A stretch of 44,757 nucleotides of DNA, counting the filler, from Jimgerdemannia flammicorona (taxonomy: Eukaryota): NCBI GenBank assembly GCA_003990765.1. It is 2 parts of 2 records of this genome, joined end to end, with 100 filler letters (N's around TTAATTAATTAA, not from the genome) between each part and the next. Parts side by side here need not be neighbours in the genome. Positions count along the whole stretch, not along the records: positions 1 to 22,329 come from RBNJ01001296.1; positions 22,430 to 44,757 come from RBNJ01001297.1. The stretch is one strand, 5' to 3'. The notes below the pieces were generated by a model. It saw nothing but the letters and a program-made list of their open reading frames with translations, had not been told where the DNA came from and ran no database searches. This document shows, one piece after another, positions 12,195 to 23,629 of this stretch. The translations under genes and the position numbers were made by a program. The stretch's first letter is position 1. Every line of letters begins with the position of its first letter.

Positions 12195-15103
12195 TATAAT
12201 AGTTCTAGTTTCTTTAAGAGAAAGTAGCTAAATCTGAAAGTTCTAGTTGGCCTAAAGAGATATTTAAAGGTTCAAGTATTCTCAAAGGATTTCTGAGAGA
12301 AAATATTCTGAGCTTTATTTAGATAGAGAATAAGGATATTTATATATATATAATTTGAAAGAAAGATTTAAAAGAATCTTGAAAAGAAAGAGAAATACCA
12401 AGAAATAAGTTCTTGACAAAGCTGACTAATACTATTCTACAATATTCTGAAAGGTTCTATGACTAGCTAAGATTAGATATTTAGTACCAAAGAAAGATAA
12501 GAATATTCTAGTAGTATTTGAGCACTAAGAGAAGATTTCTAAGCAAGTAAAAGATAGTGAAACATAGTAGAATATTTAAGAAATAATAAGAAAGACTAAT
12601 TAAAAGATACGAAAATATACTAAGAGTAAATATGACTGTAAAATTATTATATTCCTCTCTCTTTAAGAACTAATATTCTCATTGAGTTCTTAAGTAATAT
12701 AAAACTAGATATACTTAACTAAAATTTCTCAAACTTATATCAGCATATTGGCAGAAATTGGTCATTCTCATATAGAGCAGAGGGCCTATTATCAGACTAA
12801 TTAACTGGGAGAGGTTCAAATCTAGCTAGTAGCTTTATTTTGGTAGACTTCTTATTTATTAATTATTCTACTAGTTCTGGGGTCCCAAAGCAAACTTCTG
12901 ATGTATAAGATACTGGTCATTGCTATAGGTCATCAATAATCTAAGAAAGTCACTATAGAGATTAGATAATATATTTTACCTTAAAGTCTTGAACTAGATC
13001 TTGAGAATTCTTAAGGTTGACTAGTGATTCCTAGATAGTATTATATTCAGAGTAATCTATCTACTTGACTAAGTATTCGGAATAGTAGTAGTAGATTTGT
13101 TTGTCAAGAATTTTCTCAGCTTTATACTTAATATAGTCTTTAATAATTACAGAGGCAGAAGGCTTAGAAATTTGACCAGAGTAGAGTAGTGACTGATTCT
13201 AGGTCTTGAGGTGTAACACATGAAAGACTGGGTATACTCTCATAGTTTCAGGTAACTTGAGATAGTAGAAGGATACAGAGACTTATTCAGTAATCTTGAA
13301 AGGTTCAATATACTTAGGTTAAAATCTATTTGAAGAGCAATTGACTTGAGATTGTATCTTGAGTCAGTATCTCTCTCATCTCTTCTTATACTACTATTGC
13401 TATTTTCATTAGAGGTGCTGGAGCCAGTATTACTACTGTCTTCTTTTATACCTGTTGATATAGTTAGTCAGTTGGTAGGTCTGAAACAATCAGTACCACT
13501 GCTGCCACTACTATCAGATCTGAATCTGTCAGCTAGTCAGAGTGATAGGAGAGAAAAATCCATATTGATAGAAGTAATTTTGGCACCAGTATGGTGCATG
13601 GAGATTGTTCTAGATTTTGGGTTGTATGAAATCATTATTGAGAGAGGATTGTTGTAATATTTATTGTGAGATGATAAACAGTCATCAGTTGAAGGAGAGT
13701 AAGGGGAACAGAGTGAATGGAGCAGTCTAATTCTACTTAGGGAGTTGGATAAATAGTAGACTGAGTCATCTCAGTAGTAAGGAAAGCAGTCATCACTGTG
13801 GAATTGGATTAAAGGGGGGGAGGAATCCAAGCCAAGCTAAGGGTTTGGTGAATTTGATAGATAATAGTAGAGAGTGAGAGAGAGGGTGGGGAGTTGTGGC
13901 TTACTGATCTCTTGCAGCATAGTATGTATCATAGTCTCTCAGAGTTGTGGTTGTGGATATAGTTGTGTTGTCAGAAGAAGAGGGTTGGTTAGTTGCAGGA
14001 TGTTGGGTATCTTAGTAGGTTGACATGAAGAGGTAGCATATATCAGAAACCAGGAATCCAGGGATATCAGTCACAGTCAGCTCAGAATATATCATTATAA
14101 TATTTATAATGAGATTGTATTTTGAGGTTCTTGGTAGACAGTAGGACTTAATCTCTAATAGTATAAGTGATATTATAGTATTTCCTGTCAGTATACTTGG
14201 CTTGATACTATTAAGCCTTCTGAAGATTTATAGTGGCAATCTTGAGTAGTTCATTCATTTTGTCTATAAAGTTCTTGATACATAGTAGGAACTTATATTT
14301 AACTACTTTTTTTTGAAAGGAAATAGACTTATAGAGATCTCAGAATCTTGACCATAAAGTAACTGAAAAGAAGAAAGACAGTAGATAATTAGATAATATT
14401 ATTGTATACAAACTCTATATAAGTCAAGTAGTAGTCCCAATTTTCTTACTTATAAGAAATATAGTTTCTAAGCATTTATTCTGGAGTTCTGTTTATATAC
14501 TCAGTTTGTCTATTAGTTTATATATAGGTAAAAAGCAGTAGAAATAGCCAATTGGATTCTCAGGGTCTTGAAGAGAGTTTGCTAGAAGTGACTAGTGAAC
14601 TTGGAGTCACAATTACTGAAAATTACTCATAGTAGACTATAGTGATAGAAGATAGACTTAAAGAAGATTCTTATAATCTTAGGTACAGTAGCATTAATAG
14701 TGGTTGGTTTAATAACTATAGTCTTGATCAGACAGTCAATGAATATAATGATAGCATCAGCACCAGATTGAGTTTGTAGTAGTTGAGTTACAAAGTCCAT
14801 GATAACTTACTTAAATTTCTTAGTGAGAATTGGTAGTAGTTATAGCAAACTAGCTGGCACTTGATTGGTAGACTTATTACACTGATATAGATTACAGCTA
14901 GCAATATAGTTCTTGATTTCCTTGACCATACTTGATCAATAGTAGCAGTGTTGAATGTTCTTGATAGTCTTCTTGATTCTCAGGTAACTAATAAGAGAGA
15001 AGTCATGGTATTCTTATAAAACCTTATAGTATAAGTTTATGTTTTCAGATAGATAGACTTAATCTTAATGATAGATCAAATTGTTCTTAACAGTATATGT
15101 ATC
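12195..15103 (-). mobile_element. Degenerate chromovirus-type Ty3/Gypsy 3' part: integrase, chromodomain, PPT and probable 3' LTR
   Basis: Minus-strand translation gives a zinc-binding/rve integrase (IKNYIASCNLYQCNK, VIMDFVTQL, SNCDSKFTSHF), a GPF-like PKYIEPFKI...PVFHV and a chromodomain (YKAEKILDK...EYLVK*...*ESLVNLKNS). Purine tract at ~12653-12664, then a decayed LTR at ~12195-12651. Confidence 0.8.
13364..14109. other. Orphan 746-bp insertion with 17-bp TSD inside the chromovirus integrase
   Basis: tgagattgtatcttgag (13347-13363) and tgagattgtattttgag (14110-14126). The integrase frame rejoins when the insert and one repeat are removed. Confidence 0.75.
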
Positions 15104-16252
15104 CTATAGCACTCGCATCTGTCTACAGAATGAATTCTAAGTTTCAGTCTGGTCTTCTGAGGATGGGTGCTTGGGTCAATCTGGTCTTGAGTTCATTGAA
15201 GGTTTCTTAGTGCTCCTTGGTCCATTCGAATTTGGTCTCCTTCTTCAGTAGCTCATAGATAGGTGCTGTAATATTAGAGTATTCTTTGATGAATCTTCTG
15301 TAGTAGCTGGCCAGTCCAAGGAAGGCATGGACTTCTGTGGTTGTTCTGGGTCTTAGGTAGGCTGCAACAGCCTTGATCTTCATGGGGTCTGTGTGGATTC
15401 TGGTCTGGTTGATGAGATATCCTAGGTAGGCAATTTCTTGAGCTGCAAACTTGCATTTCTTGGGCTCAATATAGAGGCCATACTCCTTGAGCCTCTTGAG
15501 GGCTAGCTGTATGTAATTGACATGTTCCCATATAGTATTGCTGAAGATGATCATATCATTAACATAGATAAAGAGCCATTTTCCAATCTCATTACTGAAG
15601 ACTCTGTTCATCATTCACTGGAAACTTACTGGGGCATTATACATTCCAAATGGCATTCGCAGATAGATATAGGTGGTGTCAGGTATGATGAAGGCTGATT
15701 TCTCACTGATATCTTGAGTGAGACCAATCTGATGGAAGTCTGAGAATAGATCCAAGGTGGTGTAGTATTTGGCTTTGCTTCCAAGGGTGGTAAGGATTTC
15801 TTAAATATTCAGCAAGGACTGCCTATCCTTCTTGGTGATGGCATTGAGTTTCTTGTAGTCAATGCAGAGTCTTGGTGCAAACTCTCCAGGCTTGCTTCCT
15901 TTCTTCAGAGCAAGAATAATGGGTGAGGCCCAGGGACTGATAGCTTACTTGATGATTTTAGCTTCTTCCATTTCCTTGAGTTCTGCTCACAGCCACTCTC
16001 TGTAGATAGGTGGTATGGGTCTGGCTTTCTGATAGATGGGTTTGGTATCACTGGTATCAACTTTGTGGTAGTACTTGGATTCTTGATTGTGGATATCTCT
16101 AAAGTCTGTAGCAAGTACTTCTTTATTCTGATACAGGATCTTGAGAAGTTGTTCCTCCAGGGGAAAGTTTTCTCCAATAGTATATGTGTGCTTGTTCTGG
16201 TCCTTATCTTTCTTATACTCAAGTTCAGTAATCTTAGTGGTAGCATAGGCTC

Positions 16253-16670
16253 CTCTTCCAGTAGATCTAAAGCCTTATTCTCCTCTCTTGGTCTTGATGA
16301 GTTTGATGGCTTCTATGATTTTAGGCTTCTTGATTTCATGGATCAGCATCTAGTCAATCCTGTCATGCTTCTTGACTTCGAAGGGGGTGGTGTAGTTGTA
16401 ATTCCTGACTATGAGAAAGATCTTGCCAGTGTAATCAGAGTCAATTACTCCTCCTTCAACTGAGAATTTGCTTTTGGTCAGACTGCTTCTGGTCTTGATA
16501 ATTCTGGTATAGTTCTCTGGTAACTTGACTCCAATTTCAGTGCCAAGTAGGGTGGTGGTCTGTGGTTCAAGGGTAGCATCTTGAATGCTGGTAAGGTCTA
16601 TTCCTATGGCTCCTTCAGTCTTGTATTCTGGGATCTTGGCTTCAGGGTGAAACTTCTTGACCTTGAGGGT
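16253..16670 (-). pseudogene. dut: dUTPase domain in pol, copy 1
   Basis: GAIGIDL (motif 1), RSSL (2), GVIDSDYTG (3), DRID*ML (4), RGE*GFRSTG (5). Confidence 0.9.
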
Positions 16671-18870
16671 GATGTCTGATTCTTGTTCCTCCTCATTGTC
16701 ACTGTCAGCTTGAAGCTCTGAGGGCTGGTCATCTTCTTCAGCTTTCCTTTTTGCTTTGGCGGCTTTTTGTTCATGTTTCTGTTGGCAGATTTTCCTGACT
16801 TCACTGATACAGGACCAGTAGTCATTCAGGTGTTTGGAGCAGTACATCCTAGTACTATGGGGGCATCTTTCTTGAAGGGCATACCCATCGATGATCTTGT
16901 TATACTACTGCTCATCTGTAAGCTTAGGTGTCTTGCTCTTGTTCTTGTTCACCAAGTGCATGAAGACCTCTGTGTCCTCTTTATCTCCTTTCTCCATGTC
17001 TGGTAGGACTCCTTTGTGGACATTGATAGAGACTCATACCTTTCTTCCTCTATAGTTGATCTGCATCTTCTGGGCATTGAGGTTAATGATGGCCTTGGCC
17101 TTGTGAAGCCATTGGTTGCCAATAAGGATATCATAGTTGGTGGCACTTGTAACAATCATGTCTACTGGGATGGTAGCTCCTCCTATCTTGATGGGAACTT
17201 CTCGGATTTTGTCAAGGGGAGTAGCTTGTATACCATCTGCTGTGACATAGACTATCTTGGTGAACTCTTCAATGTCCCAATCTAGATAGTCAATTGTCTT
17301 CTTGCTCATAAGGCATCCTCCAGCATCAGTATCAATGATGGCATTAAAGATATAATCTTCAATCTGACATGGAGTATAGGCTGATGTCTTGTACTGATCT
17401 TCAGATTTTTCACCTGAGTTCTTGGATTCTTTCTGTGCATTGTGAGCTTCTACAATCTTGTACTCTTGATTCTTGGTAGTAGTTGCAAGTCCTACTCTCA
17501 ACTGCTGTCTGAAGGTAGAGACTTCAGCTAGCTATCCAAAAGTGGTATTGACCTTCTGTTCCTTGAGGTCCTTGTAGATATCATACTGGTGGATCTTTGT
17601 CTTGTGCAGCTTCTGTTCCTTCTTGCTTTCACTTTCTTCTGAGACTGGAGTAGTGTCTTCAATGATTTGGCAAGCAGCTTCGTCTAACTCCATATCTTGA
17701 TCAATCTCCTCAGGTTAGGTCTTACTTTGAATAGTGATAGCTGGGGTCTTCTTTGGTCTTCCAACTGGCTTACTGTTGCTCTTCTTGTCATAGGGCTTGG
17801 ACTGGGTTCTAGTACTTTCAGTAGTAGGGTAGAATTCGAGCTTCTCATAGTATTCTTCATCATCAGTGTCACTGATCTCCTTGATGACTACTGCATTGGT
17901 TTGTTCTCTGGTTCTGCTAGCATTGCTTGGTTGGGCTTTGTATCTTGTTTTGGTCATGCAACTCTTTGCATAGTGGTCTTCTTCTCTATATCTGAAGCAT
18001 GTAATATTACATTCTTCTGTAGTAGCTGTAAATCTCTGCACTGATCTCCTATTGGTGCTTCAGACTTCTCTAACAACATCACCAAGATATATAGTTATCT
18101 TGGCAAACTGCTTGGCAAGTTCCTCCACTGAGTCAGCTTTGGCTGTCTTGGGGGTAGGTGGGATTGGTTGTCTGTTTACGACTGTGACAGGTAAGATACT
18201 AGTTGGCTTTGATGGCTCCATCTTGATGTCAGTTATTTTCTCCATTGAGTGTTTGGCAGGGTGTCTGGCAGTCTAATATCTCTGTACAAAGACCACTTTT
18301 TGATCAAGGGTCAGTATAGCTAGGGTAGACCAGATTGCTAGGGTAATTTCAGAGTGAACTCCTTTGAGGAAGGTTGAATCCGCTATTTGTTCCTTGAGGT
18401 GGTCATCATAGCCAGCCAAGATAATCTGGTGGCAGATTCAGGTATAGAATGAGTTAGGATCTTCACTAAGTCTCTGGCAGATAGTATTGAGTTGATCCTT
18501 GAGAGCTTACTTGATCTCTTCAGTATAATATGTTGTTCTGAGGAAGACCTTCATGTTGGCAAGTTTGGCTGCACCAGTATCAGCAATGGTGGCTATATTG
18601 AACTTGTCTCTGGCAGGTCCTCTGAGGCTAACTGATAGAAGGGCCAATTGAGCATCTACACCAAGGGCTTGTACAGTGACGAATTATTCAAAGTCTTTAA
18701 TGAAGATCAGGATTGACTCTTCAGTAGTATATCCATAAAATGTGTGGGAGCACATTTCTATCTTGTCTTGAATTCTTGCAGAGGTGACTCTTATAGTCAG
18801 GGTAGTTGTTGTGGGGATTGTTCATTTTTTAGCTTAAAAGTGAGGGATTCATCTTGAATTACTAGCCAAT

Positions 18871-18878
18871 GGGTACCA
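18871..18878 (-). promoter_or_regulatory. tRNA-type PBS, possibly tRNA-Lys-like
   Basis: TGGTACCC here and TGGTGCCC in copy 2 (37502-37509), 3 nt after the LTR CA end. Both fit an ancestral TGGCGCCC. Confidence 0.6.
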
Positions 18879-18881
18879 AGT

Positions 18882-20378
18882 TGTCACATAGTAGTCACTG
18901 AGTCCTTCAAATATACCAAATTCTCTTCAAGGTATATCTCTTTAGACTAACTCAAGTTTGTTATAAGCAAGTTCTTATTGGAGTACCTTCCCAAGGTCTT
19001 ATAGTCCATCTTTAACTGTCTTGTTATCTCTTAGATTGCTTGCAAGGAAGTATGTATATTGCACTAAGAAGACTGACTTTATTTCAGAGGAAATAAGAGG
19101 AGTATTTATATAAAATATAATTCAATGATTGCTAAGATATAAAGCTAAATATAAATTCTAATAACTAAAACTACTAAGTTCCAGGGTTGGCACTGATGGT
19201 TGTATAGGTTCAGGATGCTGGCATTATTTAGTATCACATCAAAATGCTGGTGCTGGAACAATTTTGCGTCACCTCAGAATACCAGTACTGGTATTATCTA
19301 GTATAATAAAAAACTTAGAGTAGAAAGTTCAAGACCATGGGGGCTTCATCCTCATCATCATCATCACTGAAGGAGATGAGATCTGCGAACTCATCATGTA
19401 GGTCATGTGTTTCATGTATATCATGCAGGATGATGTTATCACCGATGATGTTATCATGTTTGGCTGTAGTGGGGAAATCGGGAACAAGGAGATCTGGAGC
19501 TCTCCAGTCTATGAGGTTCTCTTCCACAAAATAGGGAACAAATGTGGGGTCTTGGGGAGGTCTAACCTAGATGCTTGGGCCTTGGAATACTGAGATCAAT
19601 TCTTGTAGGAATTGATCTGGGTTGTCCTGAAGGATAGGATACCAGAAGTCTTCTACTTCTTCACTATTGAGAGTGATAGTGGACTGGGCTTCTGTAGCCA
19701 CCCTGGCTTCTAGTGCATTGATATGGCAGGATGATAGGTCTCTGAAATCTGAGACTCTAATATACTCCAAGTTGGGAATCGACTATGATGCATATCTGAA
19801 GATCTGATGGATCTTCTTAGCTGTCCTCATTTTGTATATATCCATGGGAGTGGCATCTTATAGCTCTTGGGTGCTGGTCTGTGGGAACTCCCAGCAGAGG
19901 AGGTTTCCTATTTCATACTCCTGCCATATTTGGAGGCATTTGGTAGTAATGGTGATCCTTGTTTCCATTTCGTAGTGGTAGAGAATAAAGTGATAAGGGT
20001 CTGTAGTACCCAGGTTGACACTAGGAGTCCTTCTTGAGTGGGTCCCCATGGCTCTTCTGATGTCTTGGAATATCCTTTCCTCAACTGAGATACCTTGGTG
20101 ATTCCTTGACCTTGAGGTTTGGTGGGCAGCAGGCATTTTATTTATGGTAAGTCTTTGAGCTATTTTGGGATTGGTGGTTCTTGTTGGTTGCTGCTACTGT
20201 AGTTTCTTGATCCTTCTTTTATATTCTTCAGGATGCTTGTGCTGTGGTCACAATGACTTACAGTTGGTCATCATTACTCACCTCATATGCCATATGATCT
20301 TCTTGTGCTCTGATCTAGTGGTTTGCAAGGAAAGGCTGTCTCCTATGCTGATGTCATCATTCTGGGGTCACTATTACA
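18882..20378 (-). repeat. 5' LTR of dUTPase-gypsy copy 1 (1497 bp)
   Basis: Minus strand TGTAAT...GTGACA. The same start follows the PPT at 27218. TATAAAAG at 20216-20223, TATAAATA at 19103-19110 and AATAAA at 19078-19083. Confidence 0.9.
19315..20136 (-). pseudogene. LTR-internal ORF, 273 codons, unknown function (copy 1)
   Basis: ORF-track pieces 19858-20136, 19567-19770 and 19315-19527 are one frame. Its three internal stops are Gln or Trp codons in copy 2. Confidence 0.85.
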
Positions 20379-20392
20379 ATAGATATGAAGGT

Positions 20393-20734
20393 GGACACTG
20401 GCTCTTCATGTTTGAGGAGGGGTGATAGTTAGGTCTGTAAGAGAAGTTACTAAGATAAGAGGGGCTGATGGGTGATTTATTGACAGGATGGTGGGTGGGT
20501 TAGGGTCTCCAGAGTAGGCATTGTTACCATCTGGTGGAAGGGGTGTGTGAATAGAGCAGTGGGAGGGTTGTGATGGTTAATGATCTTATAGTCTTTAATT
20601 ATAAAGAAGTAGAAGGAGGAGAGCCCTCTAGGAGAATTGGATAGGAGTAGACTCATTATATTTATATGAGATAGAATAGTATATTAATAAAGGAAGAAGT
20701 CTAAGTAACTATAAAATAAAATAAAATAAAATAA
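20393..20734 (+). mobile_element. 5'-truncated LINE-A copy with (TAAAA)n tail and 14-bp TSD
   Basis: TSD atagatatgaaggt at 20379-20392 and 20735-20748. The terminus agtctaagtaactata matches the LINE-A end agtccaagtgactata. Confidence 0.85.
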
Positions 20735-21918
20735 ATAGATATGAAGGTCAGCAGTAAAAGGTCAAACAGTAAGAAAGCTTATATAAATTTTCATAATAGA
20801 ACAGTAGAGTGGAATAAAGTGTTTTCTGAAGCAAGGTACAATAGATCTGTAACCTGCTTATAGCACTACAATATATGATAGTTTTTATTCAAAAATAAAA
20901 CAAAGTTTGAGTACAAGAGATATAGATCTAACCCTGGAATTCTGGAATTAGAATGGTATATAAGTATCCAGACCTTGCTCTGATCTAAAAAAAAGTCTAA
21001 ATTAGGTATCATTGATCTATATATATGACAAACTATTAAAAATCTGATATAGAAATAATTGGGAAAAGGTACCAGTCATATGATCCAATATTACACAGAT
21101 ACAAAAAAATGCTAAAAATGGAACTAGACCAATGATAATTATATGTCATCATATAATTATCATTTATAGATTTAAAAATCTAAAAATCATTAGTACTCAA
21201 AGGTACAGATATCAGGCCTAGAGTCTCACAACCAGAGTAGAGTAGAGCCTTAGTACTGGAGTAAGTAAAGCAAGCAGAGGTAGACAGGTATTACAAAGTA
21301 TAGGTATGTAGATATCAGATCTAGAGTCTCATAGTACATATAGACAGTAAGGTCTTCAGAGAGGACTTAGAGTAAAGCTAGTATTTGAGATAGTATTAAG
21401 AATAGTAAAACCATTCTTTCAGGCAATAATTGGTGATTGGGTGGTTGTAGAGAAATCAAAATGAAGCAAAGTAGTATATAGAATCTTGTCGGGCTATTGA
21501 TATAACTATTGGACCATATCATATTAGATAATAAGTGATGGGAGAGGAAAAGTAGAGTGGGGAATAAGAGGGTGGGAAATAAGAGGAGGAGTTAAAAGTA
21601 AAGTTCAGACCTCAAGTCAATTGATCAAACTCAATTAAGTAGTTACAATATTAATAGGGTATCCTTTTCTGTGAAGCAGAAACTCAGCCAAAGACCAATA
21701 CTCATTAAGCCAATTATGGTAAGAAGAGCAGAGTAGTGATAGACAGTAAGTCTTATTTATGATATATAGACAGAGTATCTTTCTAGGATAATTGCTCAAC
21801 TAGTTGATAAATTGAGTACTATGTAGGAACTTGGTAAAGTAGCCTGTATAGAATAGTGTGACTTAGATTTCTAGGTCTAAGTAATGGTATAGTCTAGTAG
21901 ATAAGACTTCTTATTTTG

Positions 21919-22329
21919 ACTAGGAGAGTGTGAGGTATTGGGGGACTTTTGGTTAGCTATAGGGGACTGGCTGGGTATTGGAAGGAGGCCAGATGGTGAG
22001 AGAGGTCACTGGAAGGATTTGAGATCTAGACTAGTGGGTGGTGTCAGCAATGGGTGGCTTATGATAGAGTGGGTTATAGTAGTGTAGGTAGGTTTGACTA
22101 GGCATTGGCTCTTTGTTTTTGAGAAAGAGCAATAAATAGGGATACAGAAGAAGTTATTGAGATGGAAGACTTTGGTGGGAGATCTACTGACTGGGTGGTG
22201 GATTGGTTAGGGTCTCTAGGGTAGGTGACATCACCATCTGGTAGAAGAGATCTATAAACAGAGTGGTGGGCAAGTAATGATAGTGGTTGATAAAGTGGTC
22301 TTTTATCAAGAAAGGATAGTAGAGAGGGG
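21919..22329 (+). mobile_element. LINE-A family ORF2 3' fragment, cut by the gap
   Basis: ctaggagagtgtgaggtattgggggacttttgg matches the reverse complement of ~28773-28806. The distal part resembles 20460-20620. Confidence 0.75.
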
Positions 22330-22429
22330 NNNNNNNNNNNNNNNNNNNNNNNNNNNNNNNNNNNNNNNNNNNNTTAATTAATTAANNNNNNNNNNNNNNN
22401 NNNNNNNNNNNNNNNNNNNNNNNNNNNNN
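22330..22429. other. Artificial assembly spacer (44 N + TTAATTAATTAA + 44 N)
   Basis: Exactly 100 bp, with a central 12-mer that gives stops in all six frames. Confidence 0.95.
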
Positions 22430-22868
22430 TTTTTTAACAGACTCATAGTCCTGCGGATTTTTATTGGAAGAGAACCCAGACTATATAGGCCAAAACCCTC
22501 CCCCACCACCCACCAAACAATATCCCCCCATTAACCTAGGCTACTAAACTGTTCAGTAGTCCCACCGCTCCAGCTATGCCTGTCGAACACCGGCTACGTC
22601 GACCCCAACGATATAGACTAGACTTGTCTGCTCACCAGGGCTGGATCATTGTTTACATGCGAGAGCACACCTACACATCGGATCTAGCAGCACTGGGACT
22701 GAATAAAGAATAGCCCCCTGAACCCCAAAAGAAAGCCCAAGGCAAAGAAAAAACCCCCCAACCAACCAACAGAGAGCAAAGTAGATTCAAAGCGGGTGAG
22801 TAAAGGACTTACATGCAGCACCACCCTCAAAGGACTTACACATGGGCTAGGGCCTAAAAAGACCCCAC

Positions 22869-23021
22869 TCCCACTCCCCGAGCCTGCGGGCCTCGATCAC
22901 GTTGCCATGTCAGCTCCCGGTTCCAGTCGGGTACTGCCAAATGAGGAAGGTCCCACTCCCCAAGCCTGCGGGCCTCGATCGCATTGCTGCGTCAGCTCCC
23001 AGTTCCAGTTGGGTATAGCCA
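22869..23021. repeat. Two-copy ~71-bp GC-rich direct repeat (period 82) in the LINE-B 3' region
   Basis: tcccactcccc.agcctgcgggcctcgatc...gtcagctccc.gttccagt.gggta starts at 22869 and again at 22951. Confidence 0.9.
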
Positions 23022-23629
23022 GGATGCTGGCCCCTGCACCACCCCACCCCCCACCAGCCAATCGAAAGGCCCCACCGAAATATTATCTGCCCTAGCCCCG
23101 ATGACCGCCCCCAGCCTGGCACCCCACTGGTTCACCGTCATCGCCCTTCCTCCTATCTGTGACAGCCATCTCCCCTCCCATCCCGACATCACCCTAAAAA
23201 CAGTCACCTACACCAGAACCACGCTTGCCGGGAAGCTCGCCAAAGCCAGAGGGCCCCACCACAGGCACCGAGGACCTGCAGGTAACCTATACTGAGCACT
23301 TGACACCCAAGGTCAGCCAACTCCCTACATAGCCCGAGACACACCGAGACAACTCCTTGTTGGCGATGGCAAAAGGAAGAAGGTGCCACACCAAAATGGG
23401 TACACCCCAGACACAGCCGAGAGCACCAGAATCCACGAAAAAGTGGAGAAGACACCGATCCGACACTGATAAAGGGGCAACTCATCACTATTGCCTCCCT
23501 CCCACTGCTCTGAAACAGGTACAGCAAACCAACCTGAGGTAGAGGGGGTAATAATTGTGGAAAGTGGACTCGGAAGGTTGCCTACCAAACCATTGTGACC
23601 GGTAAGGTAGCAGAGAAAGGGGCACTGCC

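Larger units (their letters stand above)
15104..20378 (-). mobile_element. dUTPase-encoding Ty3/Gypsy element, copy 1 (5' LTR, PBS, gag, PR, dUTPase, RT; truncated at start of RNase H)
   Basis: Collinear with 33744-39024. Decayed CCHC knuckle, protease AIIDTDAG, dUTPase motifs and RT (LCIDYKKLN, FIYVNDMIIF, FLGLASYYRRFI). Confidence 0.95.
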
